Origin: a bacterium
Lineage (GTDB): Bacteria; Desulfobacterota; Deferrisomatia; Deferrisomatales; BM512
Length of the DNA stretch: 64,000 nucleotides
NCBI GenBank assembly: GCA_004322275.1
Contig: SCTA01000027.1
Coordinates: 880-64,879, forward strand
Reading direction: 5' to 3'
Shown here: positions 1 to 9,162 of the stretch, piece after piece
Layout: each line of letters starts with the position of its first letter
Position numbering within the stretch: position 1 is the first letter of the stretch
Notes under the pieces: generated by a model
What the model saw: the letters and a program-made list of their open reading frames with translations, nothing else
The model's database searches: none
Told to the model about the DNA's origin: nothing
Made by a program: the position numbers and the translations under genes

Positions 1-944
1 AGATACGAGAGGTCATAGCCTCCGCCCTCCAGAAAGGGGTAGATCTTCTGATCTTCGATCAGGAACTCACCCCCGCGCAGGCCCGCGCCATCTCCGAGCT
101 GACCGACGTGCGCGTCATCGACCGCACCCAGCTCATTCTGGACATCTTCGCAAAGCGCGCCCACACGCCGGACGGCAAGATACAGGTCGAACTGGCGCAG
201 CTCCGCTACATTCTGCCGCGCCTCGCCGGAAAGGGCATCTCTATGAGCCGCCTTATGGGCGGCGTGGGCGGAAGAGGCCCCGGCGAATCGAAGCTGGAAA
301 TGGACAGGCGCAAGGTGCGCGACAAAATATCCCAGCTTGAAAAGCGCCTCGAAGGCTTCTCGAAGGGCCGAGTGGAACGCAGAAAAAAAAGGACCCGCGC
401 GGGAGTTCCCATAGTCTCGATAGTTGGCTATACCAACGCCGGAAAATCCACGCTTCTCAACGCCCTGACGGCCTCGGATGTCTTCACCGAGGACCTTCTC
501 TTCGCGACTCTCGACACCTCCACGCGAAGGTTGCGCTTCCCTAAGGAGCGCGAGGTCATAATCACCGATACCGTCGGATTTCTGCGCGACCTCCCCAAGG
601 GGCTCGTCGGGGCCTTCAAGGCCACGCTGGAGGAGCTTGACGACGCGAACCTCCTCCTTCACGTGGTGGATATCTCTAACCCCGCCTACGAAAAGCAGAT
701 AAGTTCCGTCGAGGCGCTTCTCGGCGAGCTAGGCCTCGGCCAGAAGCCCGTGATACTGGTGTTCAACAAGGCCGACCGGCTGCCCAGGGAGCTTGCCGAG
801 GAACTCGGGCGCAAGGAGAACGCGATAGTCATGTCCGCCAAGGACCGTTCCACCTTCGCGCCCCTCCTGAACGAGATGGAGAGAAGATTCTGGCAGGAAG
901 CCGAAGGGGCGGCAAACGTCCCCGGAAGCGACGAGGTCCACTGA
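1..944 (+). CDS. hflX: GTPase HflX, C-terminal part (5' end lies upstream of the window)
   Basis: The frame is open from nt 3 (..LLIFDQELTPAQARAISELTDVRVIDRTQLILDIFAKRAHT..). GTPase motifs are GYTNAGKST (G1), DTVGF (G3) and NKAD (G4). Confidence 0.9.
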   Translation, partial: IREVIASALQKGVDLLIFDQELTPAQARAISELTDVRVIDRTQLILDIFAKRAHTPDGKIQVELAQLRYILPRLAGKGISMSRLMGGVGGRGPGESKLEMDRRKVRDKISQLEKRLEGFSKGRVERRKKRTRAGVPIVSIVGYTNAGKSTLLNALTASDVFTEDLLFATLDTSTRRLRFPKEREVIITDTVGFLRDLPKGLVGAFKATLEELDDANLLLHVVDISNPAYEKQISSVEALLGELGLGQKPVILVFNKADRLPRELAEELGRKENAIVMSAKDRSTFAPLLNEMERRFWQEAEGAANVPGSDEVH

Positions 945-1435
945 TGGCTTCGCAGAATAAAACCGTCAAGGAAACCCAGGTGATCCTCGCCCGCATCATG
1001 CAGCCGCAGGACGCCAACCCCGCCGGAAACGTCCACGGCGGCACGGTGATGAAGATAATCGACGACGCGGCCGCCGCCGTCGCTATGCGCCACGCGCGCT
1101 CCAACGTAGTGACGGTCTCCATCGACCGCCTCGACTTTCACGAGCCGGTCTACGTGGGCGACCTCATCACCCTTCACTCCTCGATGAACTATGTAGGCAG
1201 AACCAGCATGGAGGTCGGGGTGAGGGTAGAGGCGGAGAACCTCAGGACCGGCGTTGTCCGCCACACAGCTTCCGCTTACCTTACCTTCGTCGCTCTTGAC
1301 GACAAGCTGCGGCCTCTACCCGTGCCGGGACTGATTACGGAGACCCCCGAGGAGCAAAAGAGATTTGAAGAGGGGAGACTCCGGCGCGAGGAGCGGATAA
1401 AGCAGGCCAAGGCGAAAAAGGAGTCCAAAAAGTGA
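944..1435 (+). CDS. acyl-CoA thioesterase (hotdog fold)
   Basis: 163-aa ORF with MQPQDANPAGNVHGGTVMKIIDDAAA, typical of acyl-CoA hydrolases. Its ATG overlaps the hflX stop (TGATG). Confidence 0.8.
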   Translation: MASQNKTVKETQVILARIMQPQDANPAGNVHGGTVMKIIDDAAAAVAMRHARSNVVTVSIDRLDFHEPVYVGDLITLHSSMNYVGRTSMEVGVRVEAENLRTGVVRHTASAYLTFVALDDKLRPLPVPGLITETPEEQKRFEEGRLRREERIKQAKAKKESKK

Positions 1436-2475
1436 AAACCAGATTTGAACCGAACGGAATCGCGACGGGCATTGGAAGTTTTCCCTTCAAAGACCCCGAG
1501 GAGGCGGTAAGAACCGTTCTCAAATACCTCCCCGAGTGCCCCTTCTGGCCGCAGCTTCCGAGACTCAGCCGCCTGGAAGGCATGACGGAGCAGTACGTCG
1601 AGGGATTCCCCGGTCTGGTAGAAACTTCCGGCTCCGAAAGGGTAGACACGGTCGGCAAGGGGCAGTCGGAGCTTCCGGCCTTTTACGAAAAAGCACTTTC
1701 GGGGAGCCTCGAAGGTTTTTCTCTGCCTGAGGAGAGGGCGAAGGGGTTTTACGCCTTCGAGAAAATCCTCGAAAAAGAACGCCCCCAAAACCTGAAATTC
1801 GTAAAGGGCCACGTCACCGGGCCGGTAACCCTCGCCTCCGGCCTTAAAGACCAAAACGGCAGGGAACTCGTCAACGACGAGACCTTCCGCGAGGCCGTCG
1901 CCGTTAAGATAGCTAAAAACGCCCTCTGGCAGGTCAGGCGTCTTGAAAGATTCGGCGTTCCGGTGGTGATCTTCCTCGACGAACCGGTGATGGAGGTTTT
2001 CGGCTCCGCCTTCTCGACGCTGGACAAAGAAACGGTGCTTTCCCTGTGGGAGCCGTCTTTAAAGGCTCTTGACGAGGCGGGCGCGATCTCGGGAATCCAC
2101 TGCTGCGGCAACACCGACTGGGAGCTGCTCTTCGACAGCGGAGTCGGAATCGTCAACTTCGACGCCTTCAACTATGTCGAAAAGATGCTGCTCTACGCCG
2201 ACAAGGCGAAGTCCTTCATGGATAGGGGCGGCGCGCTCGCGTGGGGCATCGTTCCCACGAGCCCGGAGATTAAAGAGGTAAGCGCCGGGGATCTCCTGAA
2301 AAAACTGAACGAGGGGTTTTCGGCTTTCGAGAAGAAAGGCATTCCGCTGGATCTTCTGCGCAGGCAGTGCCTTCTCACGCCATCTTGCGGCATGGGAAGC
2401 CTCTCGGTCGAGGACACGGTGGACGTTTTGAAAAAGCTTTCCGAGCTTTCAAGGATGTTTCGCTCACAATACTAA
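1432..2475 (+). CDS. MetE C-terminal-like / UROD-fold protein (cobalamin-independent methionine synthase family), function uncertain
   Basis: 347-aa ORF with a GIHCCGNTDW metal-site-like motif. Size and N-terminus resemble short MetE-like proteins. Its GTG overlaps the upstream stop (GTGA). Confidence 0.5.
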   Translation: MKTRFEPNGIATGIGSFPFKDPEEAVRTVLKYLPECPFWPQLPRLSRLEGMTEQYVEGFPGLVETSGSERVDTVGKGQSELPAFYEKALSGSLEGFSLPEERAKGFYAFEKILEKERPQNLKFVKGHVTGPVTLASGLKDQNGRELVNDETFREAVAVKIAKNALWQVRRLERFGVPVVIFLDEPVMEVFGSAFSTLDKETVLSLWEPSLKALDEAGAISGIHCCGNTDWELLFDSGVGIVNFDAFNYVEKMLLYADKAKSFMDRGGALAWGIVPTSPEIKEVSAGDLLKKLNEGFSAFEKKGIPLDLLRRQCLLTPSCGMGSLSVEDTVDVLKKLSELSRMFRSQY

Positions 2476-2490
2476 TCAGGAGAAGGACTT

Positions 2491-2874
2491 ATGAAACAGA
2501 TGACTCATCTCAAGATCAGTCCTACCCTCGTGGGCAAAATCGAATGCGTCGAGCCTGAAAATGCGATAGCCACCCTAAAGGCGACCCCGGAGATGTGCGC
2601 CGACGAGCGGGGGCTCGTCCACGGCGGCTTTACCTTCGGCCTCGCCGATTACGCCGTCATGGTCGCCGTCAACGACCCCAACGTGGTTCTCGGTTCCTCG
2701 CAGGTAAGGTTCCTTCGCCCCGTCACGGCGGGTCAGACGATGCGGGCCGAGGCTCAGGTGACCAGCGCCGAGGGCAAGAAGCGCATCGTGAAAGTTACAG
2801 TCACCGTCGAGGGGCAGCCGGTGATGGAGGGCGAGATGACGGCTTTTGTGCTTCCGAAACACGTACTCGATTAA
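2491..2874 (+). CDS. PaaI-family hotdog thioesterase
   Basis: 127 aa with GLVHGGFTFGLADYAVMVAV, typical of the PaaI/YdiI family. Confidence 0.75.
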   Translation: MKQMTHLKISPTLVGKIECVEPENAIATLKATPEMCADERGLVHGGFTFGLADYAVMVAVNDPNVVLGSSQVRFLRPVTAGQTMRAEAQVTSAEGKKRIVKVTVTVEGQPVMEGEMTAFVLPKHVLD

Positions 2875-3092
2875 CAGCCGCGGCTTCCTCTTTCGGCGAA
2901 TGGTTGCGTCGTTTCTCGGGCGCTCCCGTCGTAGTGACGCTACTGCCTGCGACCACGCGCCCTGCGGACTCCTTGCCCTTCGCCGAAATAGATTGCCGCA
3001 TTTGGGGAGCCCTGCCGCCTGGCTTTCGCTGCACGTCTCTTGAAACCGGGGTTCTCGCGACGTTTTTTAAAAAGTCTCTGAAAAAGCCTTTA

Positions 3093-3119
3093 GCCGCAAG
3101 CCCGCCTTGCGGCTTTTTT
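3093..3119 (+). terminator. rho-independent terminator after the hflX-thioesterase operon
   Basis: Stem gccgcaag / cttgcggc with loop cccgc, followed by TTTTTT. Confidence 0.6.
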
Positions 3120-3159
3120 CGTTTATCCGCGCCGTGTTCCGGCAGGTATACTTGCTCTG

Positions 3160-4101
3160 TTGCCTGAAAAAACCATTACCGGAGCTGATGGCTTTATGAA
3201 AGACAGACTTCTTTGCGTTCAAAAGCGGGTGGGGGAATCCCTGCTTGGAAAAGAGCAGCAGATCAAGCTGGCTCTGGCCTGCATTATAGCCCGGGGCCAC
3301 CTTCTCATCGAAGACCTGCCGGGAGTCGGCAAGACACTCCTGGCGCAGGCGCTCGCGAAAGCCTTGGGGCTCGGGTTTTCGAGGGTGCAGTTCACCAGCG
3401 ACCTTCTGCCCGCCGAGATTCTCGGAGTCAGCACTTTCGACAGAAACACAGGGGCGTTCGTCTTCCATCCCGGCCCGATCTTTTCGCAGGTCGTCCTCGC
3501 GGACGAGATTAACCGGGCTACCCCCAAGACCCAGAGCGCCCTCCTCGAAGCGATGGAGGAGCGTCAGGTCACCATTGAGGGCGCCACGAGGCCCCTGCCG
3601 CGCCCCTTTTTCGTGATGGCCACCCAGAACCCCGAAGATCAGGCGGGAACCTTTCCGCTGCCCGAGAGCCAGCTGGACAGGTTTCTCATGCGCCTTCGCC
3701 TCGGCTATCCCGACGCCGAAGCCGAGAGAAGGCTCTGGAGGGAGCCGGACAGGAGGCTCGCCCTCGAAGGTATGGAACCCTGCACCGGACCGGGCGGCGT
3801 CGAGGAATTCCAGCGGGCCGCTGACGGAGTCCACGTTTCGGATAACCTTCTCGATTACGTCAGAAGGCTGGTGGATTACACGCGCAACTCACGGAAGTAC
3901 CGGTTCGGCCTCTCACCGAGAGGCGGGGCGGCGGTAATCCGTTCGGCGCGGGCTCTGGCGCTGCTGGACGGGCTCGATTACGTCGGCCCCGAAGAGATTC
4001 AGGGGGTTTTGCCCTACGTCGCCGGTCATCGCCTCCACCTCGCCGAAGGGGAGGGCGCGGAAGCGGATATCGGGGAACTCATCAAGGCGGTTCCGGTTTG
4101 A
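3160..4101 (+). CDS. MoxR-family AAA+ ATPase
   Basis: Walker A is LIEDLPGVGKT and Walker B is VVLADEINRA. FFVMATQNP and LRLGYP are typical MoxR motifs. An alternative ATG at 3196 is possible. Confidence 0.9.
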   Translation: MPEKTITGADGFMKDRLLCVQKRVGESLLGKEQQIKLALACIIARGHLLIEDLPGVGKTLLAQALAKALGLGFSRVQFTSDLLPAEILGVSTFDRNTGAFVFHPGPIFSQVVLADEINRATPKTQSALLEAMEERQVTIEGATRPLPRPFFVMATQNPEDQAGTFPLPESQLDRFLMRLRLGYPDAEAERRLWREPDRRLALEGMEPCTGPGGVEEFQRAADGVHVSDNLLDYVRRLVDYTRNSRKYRFGLSPRGGAAVIRSARALALLDGLDYVGPEEIQGVLPYVAGHRLHLAEGEGAEADIGELIKAVPV

Positions 4102-4121
4102 CTTTAAAGGACTGAAACACG

Positions 4122-5075
4122 GTGCGGGGCGAAAAAGTGCGCGGCTTCAAGCTGGAAAACCTTCTCCCGAAAAGAGAAGCCGAACCCGGGCCGATAATCC
4201 TCGACCGCCACAGGATTTACCTTCTTCCGACCGGCGAGGGGGTGGCCTGCGGCTTCATCGTGCTCGCGCTTATCCTCGGCTCGGCCAACTACAACACCAG
4301 CCTGGGGATGATTCTGGCCTTCCTCATCGCGGGCATAGCCCTCATGGGGATGATTCACACCCACCGCAACCTCTCGGGGCTCTCGGTGACCGTCTACGAC
4401 GCGCCCCCGGTCTTCGCGGGTTCGCCCGCCCATTTCAAGGTATCGATCGAAAATCTCGAAGGACCCGACCGCTACAGCCTCACAATTTCCGGCAGTGGTC
4501 CGCGTATCGTCCTCGACTGTCCCAAAGGCGCTACAAATAGCACCATGACGGTCGATACGGCGAAAAGAGGGATATTGCCGCTGGGCAGGATTACGCTCGA
4601 AACCGGACACCCGATGCGCCTTTTCCGCGCCTGGTCGCCCCTGAATTTCACCGCCGTCGCCGTCGTCTACCCTTCTCCCTCTTCTCCGAGGCCCCTTCCG
4701 GAAGCGGGCGAGGCGGTTTCGGGCGAGGAGAGCGGAAGGCAGGCCAAACGCGGGGTCGAGGATTTCGCGGGGCTGCGCGACTACGTTCCGGGAGATTCGC
4801 TCAGCAGGGTCCACTGGAAGAGTTCGGCTAGAAGCGGCACCCTTTCGGTCAAGGAATTCCACGGGGAGGGGGCTGGCGTTTTACTCTTCGACTTCAACTC
4901 GCTTAAGGGGATGGGCGAAGAGGCCAGGCTTCGGGTGCTTTGCAGATGGATACTGGACGCCGAAAAAGCGCGCCTCCACTACCGTCTCAACCTTCCCGGC
5001 GTTTCGATCCCGGCGGGGGGCGGCCCGGCGCACAAAAGCCGCTGCCTTTCGGCGCTGGCGGGTTACGGCCTGTGA
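4122..5075 (+). CDS. DUF58 domain protein (MoxR-associated)
   Basis: Two N-terminal TM helices and the DUF58 signature GLRDYVPGDSLSRVHWKSSAR. It sits immediately downstream of MoxR. Confidence 0.85.
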   Translation: MRGEKVRGFKLENLLPKREAEPGPIILDRHRIYLLPTGEGVACGFIVLALILGSANYNTSLGMILAFLIAGIALMGMIHTHRNLSGLSVTVYDAPPVFAGSPAHFKVSIENLEGPDRYSLTISGSGPRIVLDCPKGATNSTMTVDTAKRGILPLGRITLETGHPMRLFRAWSPLNFTAVAVVYPSPSSPRPLPEAGEAVSGEESGRQAKRGVEDFAGLRDYVPGDSLSRVHWKSSARSGTLSVKEFHGEGAGVLLFDFNSLKGMGEEARLRVLCRWILDAEKARLHYRLNLPGVSIPAGGGPAHKSRCLSALAGYGL

Positions 5076-7042
5076 TTCCCCGCGCTCCCGATCCCGTACG
5101 GCCGCTGGCGGTGCTCCTCGCCGGTCTCGGGCTGGCGTGGTTTCCCCATTCCTCGGCACTTCCCCTCTGGATTTCCCTTGTCTTCGGCTCTCTCCTCGTC
5201 CTTCGCCTTTTGCTGGCGCTAAGGGAAATGCCCCTGCCGGGAAGAAAAATTTTGCTCCTGCCGACTATCCTCTGCTCGGGATGGGCGATCTTCGGTTTCC
5301 GCCCCTTTTTCGGCGGCCCCGGAGCTTTCATGCTCCTCTCCACCATGTGCATCCTGAAGCTTTACGAGATGAACACCCGGAGGGACCGTACGATAGTCGT
5401 GCTTCTGGGTTACGTCATAGTCGCCACGAGGTTTCTGACCGGGCAGTCCCCCCTGACCGGCCTCTGGATGCTCCTTCTGGTGGCGCTTTTCACCTTTGTC
5501 CTCGTCGAGTACGCCGACGAAACGGGGGGAAGGACAGCCGGGACGAATCTTCGCATAGCCCTCCGGATGCTTTTTTACTCTCTGCCCGTAGCGGCTCTTC
5601 TCTTCGTCATCTTCCCGCGCCACGGCGGCCCGCTGTGGGTGCTTTCCTCAAACCGCTCCGCCATGACCGGACTTTCGGAGGAACTGACGCCGGGAAACAT
5701 CACAAAACTTAGCCAGAGCGACGAGGCGGCCTTTACCGCGACTATTGAAACCGGACTTGCGGAGGCGGGGGTGCTTTACTGGCGCGGCCCGGTATTCGAT
5801 TACTTCGACGGCAATACCTGGAAGAGCACGAAAAAAGACGAACCTCCGGCCGCGGAACCGGTAATCCCGAAGGCCGGAGAGATTGTCCAGAGGGTTTCGC
5901 TGGAGCCCAGCAACCAGAGGTGGCTCTTCGCTCTCGACAGGCCTCTTTCGGCGAATTCAGTAAACTATCCGGGGCGTGACGGCACCCTTCGCTCCCGCGA
6001 CAGAAACAGAAAGAGAATCGACTACACAGCGGTATCGTCGCCCGAGACCGGGTATTTTCCACTGACCCGCGAGGAGGAAAACAGACAACTGGCGCTGCCC
6101 GAAAACCTGAGCGAAAGGGTTCTGGAACTTGCGAAAAGCTTCCGGGAGGGGGGCGCGGACGACAACGAGGTACTGGAAAGGATTCTCAAATTCTTTAAGG
6201 AGGGGGGATTTCTCTACACCCTTGCGCCGCCGGAGTATCAGGGTGATTTTATCGACGGGTTTCTCTTCGGTGAAAGAAAGGGGTTTTGCGGGCACTTCGC
6301 GGCGTCGCTGGGGGCGCTCCTTCGCGGGGCGGGAATACCGGCGAGGGTGGTGACCGGGTATCTCGGCGCGGAGCAAAGTCCGGGCGGAAATTATCTTCTC
6401 GTTTTGCAGGAACACGCCCACGCCTGGAACGAAGCGTGGATAGCCGGAAGGGGGTGGGTCCGCGTCGATCCCACGGCGGTGGTCAGTCCCGAGAGGCTGA
6501 CAAGGCCGATCGACGTCGCGGCCTCCCTTGAAAGCGGCGGTATTCGCTTCGGTATGGAAGGCGGCGATTATTTCAGCGGTTTCGCGGGGAAGATGCGTCT
6601 GGCTTTTTATTCCTTCGGCGATTGGTGGAACAGCTGGATCGTAGGTTACGACCTTTCCAGACAAAGAGAGCTTTTACGCTCTCTCGGGGCTGGAGGAGCG
6701 AGCAGGGCGCTTCTCCTTTCGATCTCCCTCGCGCTCCTTTTCCTCTGGCTCCTTGCGGTGGCAGTTCTCTACGCGATACGGGAGAGAGCGCGGCTGGACC
6801 CGGCCGAGAGGCTTTGGAGGGGATGGGTAAAACGGCTGGACAGGCGCGGCCTGGGCCGCAACCCAAGGGAAGGACCGAGGGACTTCACCGCGAGGGTCGC
6901 AACCGCAAGACCGGGAGTTTCAAGAGAGGCGGGGGAGATAGGCGAGCTTTACTCGCGCCTCCGCTACGGAAAACCGGCTTTGGACACAAAGGTTTCAGAC
7001 CTGCGGGAGGCGATCCGGAAATTCCCCTGGAAGAAACTTTGA
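5072..7042 (+). CDS. transglutaminase-like membrane protein (TgpA-like: DUF3488 N-terminal membrane domain plus transglutaminase core)
   Basis: The Cys-His-Asp core context is GFCGHFAASLGALLRGAGIPARVVTGY .. HAWNEAW .. VRVDPT, with a multi-TM N-terminus. The GTG at 5072 overlaps the DUF58 stop (GTGA). The ORF-track start at 4940 would overlap DUF58 by 136 nt. Confidence 0.85.
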   Translation: MIPRAPDPVRPLAVLLAGLGLAWFPHSSALPLWISLVFGSLLVLRLLLALREMPLPGRKILLLPTILCSGWAIFGFRPFFGGPGAFMLLSTMCILKLYEMNTRRDRTIVVLLGYVIVATRFLTGQSPLTGLWMLLLVALFTFVLVEYADETGGRTAGTNLRIALRMLFYSLPVAALLFVIFPRHGGPLWVLSSNRSAMTGLSEELTPGNITKLSQSDEAAFTATIETGLAEAGVLYWRGPVFDYFDGNTWKSTKKDEPPAAEPVIPKAGEIVQRVSLEPSNQRWLFALDRPLSANSVNYPGRDGTLRSRDRNRKRIDYTAVSSPETGYFPLTREEENRQLALPENLSERVLELAKSFREGGADDNEVLERILKFFKEGGFLYTLAPPEYQGDFIDGFLFGERKGFCGHFAASLGALLRGAGIPARVVTGYLGAEQSPGGNYLLVLQEHAHAWNEAWIAGRGWVRVDPTAVVSPERLTRPIDVAASLESGGIRFGMEGGDYFSGFAGKMRLAFYSFGDWWNSWIVGYDLSRQRELLRSLGAGGASRALLLSISLALLFLWLLAVAVLYAIRERARLDPAERLWRGWVKRLDRRGLGRNPREGPRDFTARVATARPGVSREAGEIGELYSRLRYGKPALDTKVSDLREAIRKFPWKKL

Positions 7043-7126
7043 CCCGACCCCAAAACCCGCTTTTCTTAACACCGCCGGAAGGGGTAACCTCTCCGTCGGC
7101 AGGAATTTACCATCTGTGAAAGAGGA

Positions 7127-7927
7127 TTGACCGCCTTGAAACGCATTGCAGGTATTTTACTTTTCGCTCTAACGGTTTTATGTATCGCCCTTCCGGCTTT
7201 GGCCGCACAGAAGGCGATACCGGCCTCCCCGGCGGCTCCGGCTCCGGTTCTCCCTACCTACCTTCCCGGCGAAGAGCTGGAAAATCTCCGGACGCAGGGC
7301 GACAAAGGGGATTTAAAGACGCAGTTTCGCCTCTTTCGGATCTACGGGGAGGGGAAAGAAGCGCCGATGAACATGGCCGAATCCGCGAAATGGGCTCAAA
7401 AATCCGCCGAACTGGGGAACGAGTACGCGCAGGTGACCACCGGCGTGCTCTACGGCATCGGAATGGGGTTTCAGCCGGACGTCGCCAAGACCGAGAAATA
7501 TCTGAGAAAAGCCGCCCAGAAGGGCAACCCGCTCGCCGAGGCCGGACTCGGGTATCTTTATGGTCAGGGGGTAAGCGTACCTCTGGACTACAAGGAATCC
7601 TTCAAATGGCTTGAAAAGGCGGCCAACAAGGGAAATCCCGTCGGTCAGGCGGGGCTCGGGAAGGTTTACGCCGATGGGCTCGGGAAGCCGAAAGACCCGA
7701 TAAGGGGCTACATGTGGTATGAGGTTTCCGCCGCGACCCTGAAAGAGGCGAAAGCCGCGAAACCGAAAGGCGACTGGGAAGACGTGACGCCGATTCTCTA
7801 TTCGCGGGGAATGCTTCTGGATCAGGTCAACTCCATGAAGAACCTGGCTGGAAAAGAGATGTCGCAGGCCCAGATCGACAAGGCCAAAAAGCTGGCGGCC
7901 GACTGGCTGAAAAAGAGCAAGAAATAA
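7127..7927 (+). CDS. Sel1-repeat (SLR/TPR-like) secreted protein
   Basis: Signal peptide ILLFALTVLCIALPALAA and repeated A.KGNP.A...LG.LY..G motifs. The TTG at 7136 has better SD spacing (gagga). Confidence 0.8.
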   Translation: MTALKRIAGILLFALTVLCIALPALAAQKAIPASPAAPAPVLPTYLPGEELENLRTQGDKGDLKTQFRLFRIYGEGKEAPMNMAESAKWAQKSAELGNEYAQVTTGVLYGIGMGFQPDVAKTEKYLRKAAQKGNPLAEAGLGYLYGQGVSVPLDYKESFKWLEKAANKGNPVGQAGLGKVYADGLGKPKDPIRGYMWYEVSAATLKEAKAAKPKGDWEDVTPILYSRGMLLDQVNSMKNLAGKEMSQAQIDKAKKLAADWLKKSKK

Positions 7928-7955
7928 ACCTTTAAAAGGCGCGGACAAAACATCC

Positions 7956-9056
7956 TTGTTCAGAAAAATCTACCTCGATTTCGTCTGGAAAAACCTTAAA
8001 GGCGGCCGCCTGCTGTGGCTGACCTCCCTTTCCTGGCGCTACCTCGCGACCCACCTTTCGATGGCGGCCCAAAAGCCCCTCTGCGGCCCCATCCTGGGGA
8101 CGCTGGTGACGAATTACAATTGCAACCTCGACTGCCTCATGTGCGACCTTCCCCCACGCTCGGCGGAGCTGAAAAAGGCCGGAAGAAAAGAGTTTTCGAC
8201 GGAGGAGATGAAGGAAGTGCTCGACCAGATGGCCGCTCTCGGCATTCTGGGCGTCGGCTTCACCGGCGGCGAACCCCTTCTCAGAAAAGACATCTTCGAG
8301 CTTCTGGCCCACGCGAAAAAACTCTCGATGATAACCCACCTCAACACCAACGGAACCCTTCTGGACGAGGCGAGGGCGAGGCTGGTGCTGGAGGCGGGGG
8401 TCGATTCGCTGAACATCTCGGTGGACGGCGCGACGGCGAAGACTCACGACTCGATACGCGGCGTGCCCGGCTCCCATGAAAAGGCCGTGGGGGCGCTGAA
8501 ACTGATGGCGAAGTTAAGAAGGGAAGCGGGGAAAGGACCACGCCTGAAAGCCGTCTGCGTCGTTCAGGAGAAGAACTGCCACGAGGTTGAGGCGCTGCTC
8601 GAAGAGGGCGAATCATGGGGCATAGACGTGGTCGAATTCATCCCGAGGCAGAACTTCACCGGCGAGGAGGAGCTCGTTCCCGACGAAAAGGCGCGGGAAG
8701 AGCTTGTCGCCGCAGGCAAAACTCTTCTCCGGAGGAAAAAGGAGGGGGCGAAAATAGAGAATTCGGCGGGCATGCTTAAGCTCTTCGAGCCGACCTTCAG
8801 GGGCAAGCCCTCGCCCCTCAAGTGCTACTCCGGCTACAACTCACTCACCGTGGACTCTTTCGGAGAGATTTTCACCTGCGTTCCCTACATGAACTGGAAT
8901 ATCTCCGAGGGAAACGTCAAGGAAACAGACCTCAGAACCTTCTGGAACTCCGGCAAATTTTCCGAGCGCCGGAAAGAGATTTCCAACTGCAGGCGCTGCA
9001 CCCTCAACTGCCAGGCGGAGCTGAATATTCTCTTTCGCCCCTTCTTCAAAACCTGA
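7956..9056 (+). CDS. radical SAM / SPASM-domain protein
   Basis: CNLDCLMC (CxxxCxxC) cluster, GGEPLL motif and a C-terminal Cys-rich region (C..C.....CRRCTLNC). Confidence 0.8.
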   Translation: MFRKIYLDFVWKNLKGGRLLWLTSLSWRYLATHLSMAAQKPLCGPILGTLVTNYNCNLDCLMCDLPPRSAELKKAGRKEFSTEEMKEVLDQMAALGILGVGFTGGEPLLRKDIFELLAHAKKLSMITHLNTNGTLLDEARARLVLEAGVDSLNISVDGATAKTHDSIRGVPGSHEKAVGALKLMAKLRREAGKGPRLKAVCVVQEKNCHEVEALLEEGESWGIDVVEFIPRQNFTGEEELVPDEKAREELVAAGKTLLRRKKEGAKIENSAGMLKLFEPTFRGKPSPLKCYSGYNSLTVDSFGEIFTCVPYMNWNISEGNVKETDLRTFWNSGKFSERRKEISNCRRCTLNCQAELNILFRPFFKT

Positions 9057-9072
9057 ATCCGGTTTTAGAAGC

Positions 9073-9162
9073 GTAGGGTGTGTCAGCCGCGAAGCGGCGT
9101 AACGCACCAAACAATTAATCGACAATGATAATGATGCGTTACGCTTCGCTAACGCATCCTAC
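9073..9162. repeat. REP-like doublet (two imperfect palindromes in inverted orientation, GTAG heads pointing outward)
   Basis: Unit 1 is 9073-9108, gtagggtgtgtcagccgcgaagcggcgtaacgcacc. Unit 2 is 9133-9162, reverse complement gtaggatgcgttagcgaagcgtaacgcatc. A 24-nt AT-rich spacer separates them, between convergent genes. Confidence 0.6.

Noticed and set aside
4940-5071. N-terminal extension of the transglutaminase ORF
   Set aside because: It overlaps the DUF58 3' end. The GTG at 5072 gives a GTGA stop/start overlap and a sensible hydrophobic N-terminus.
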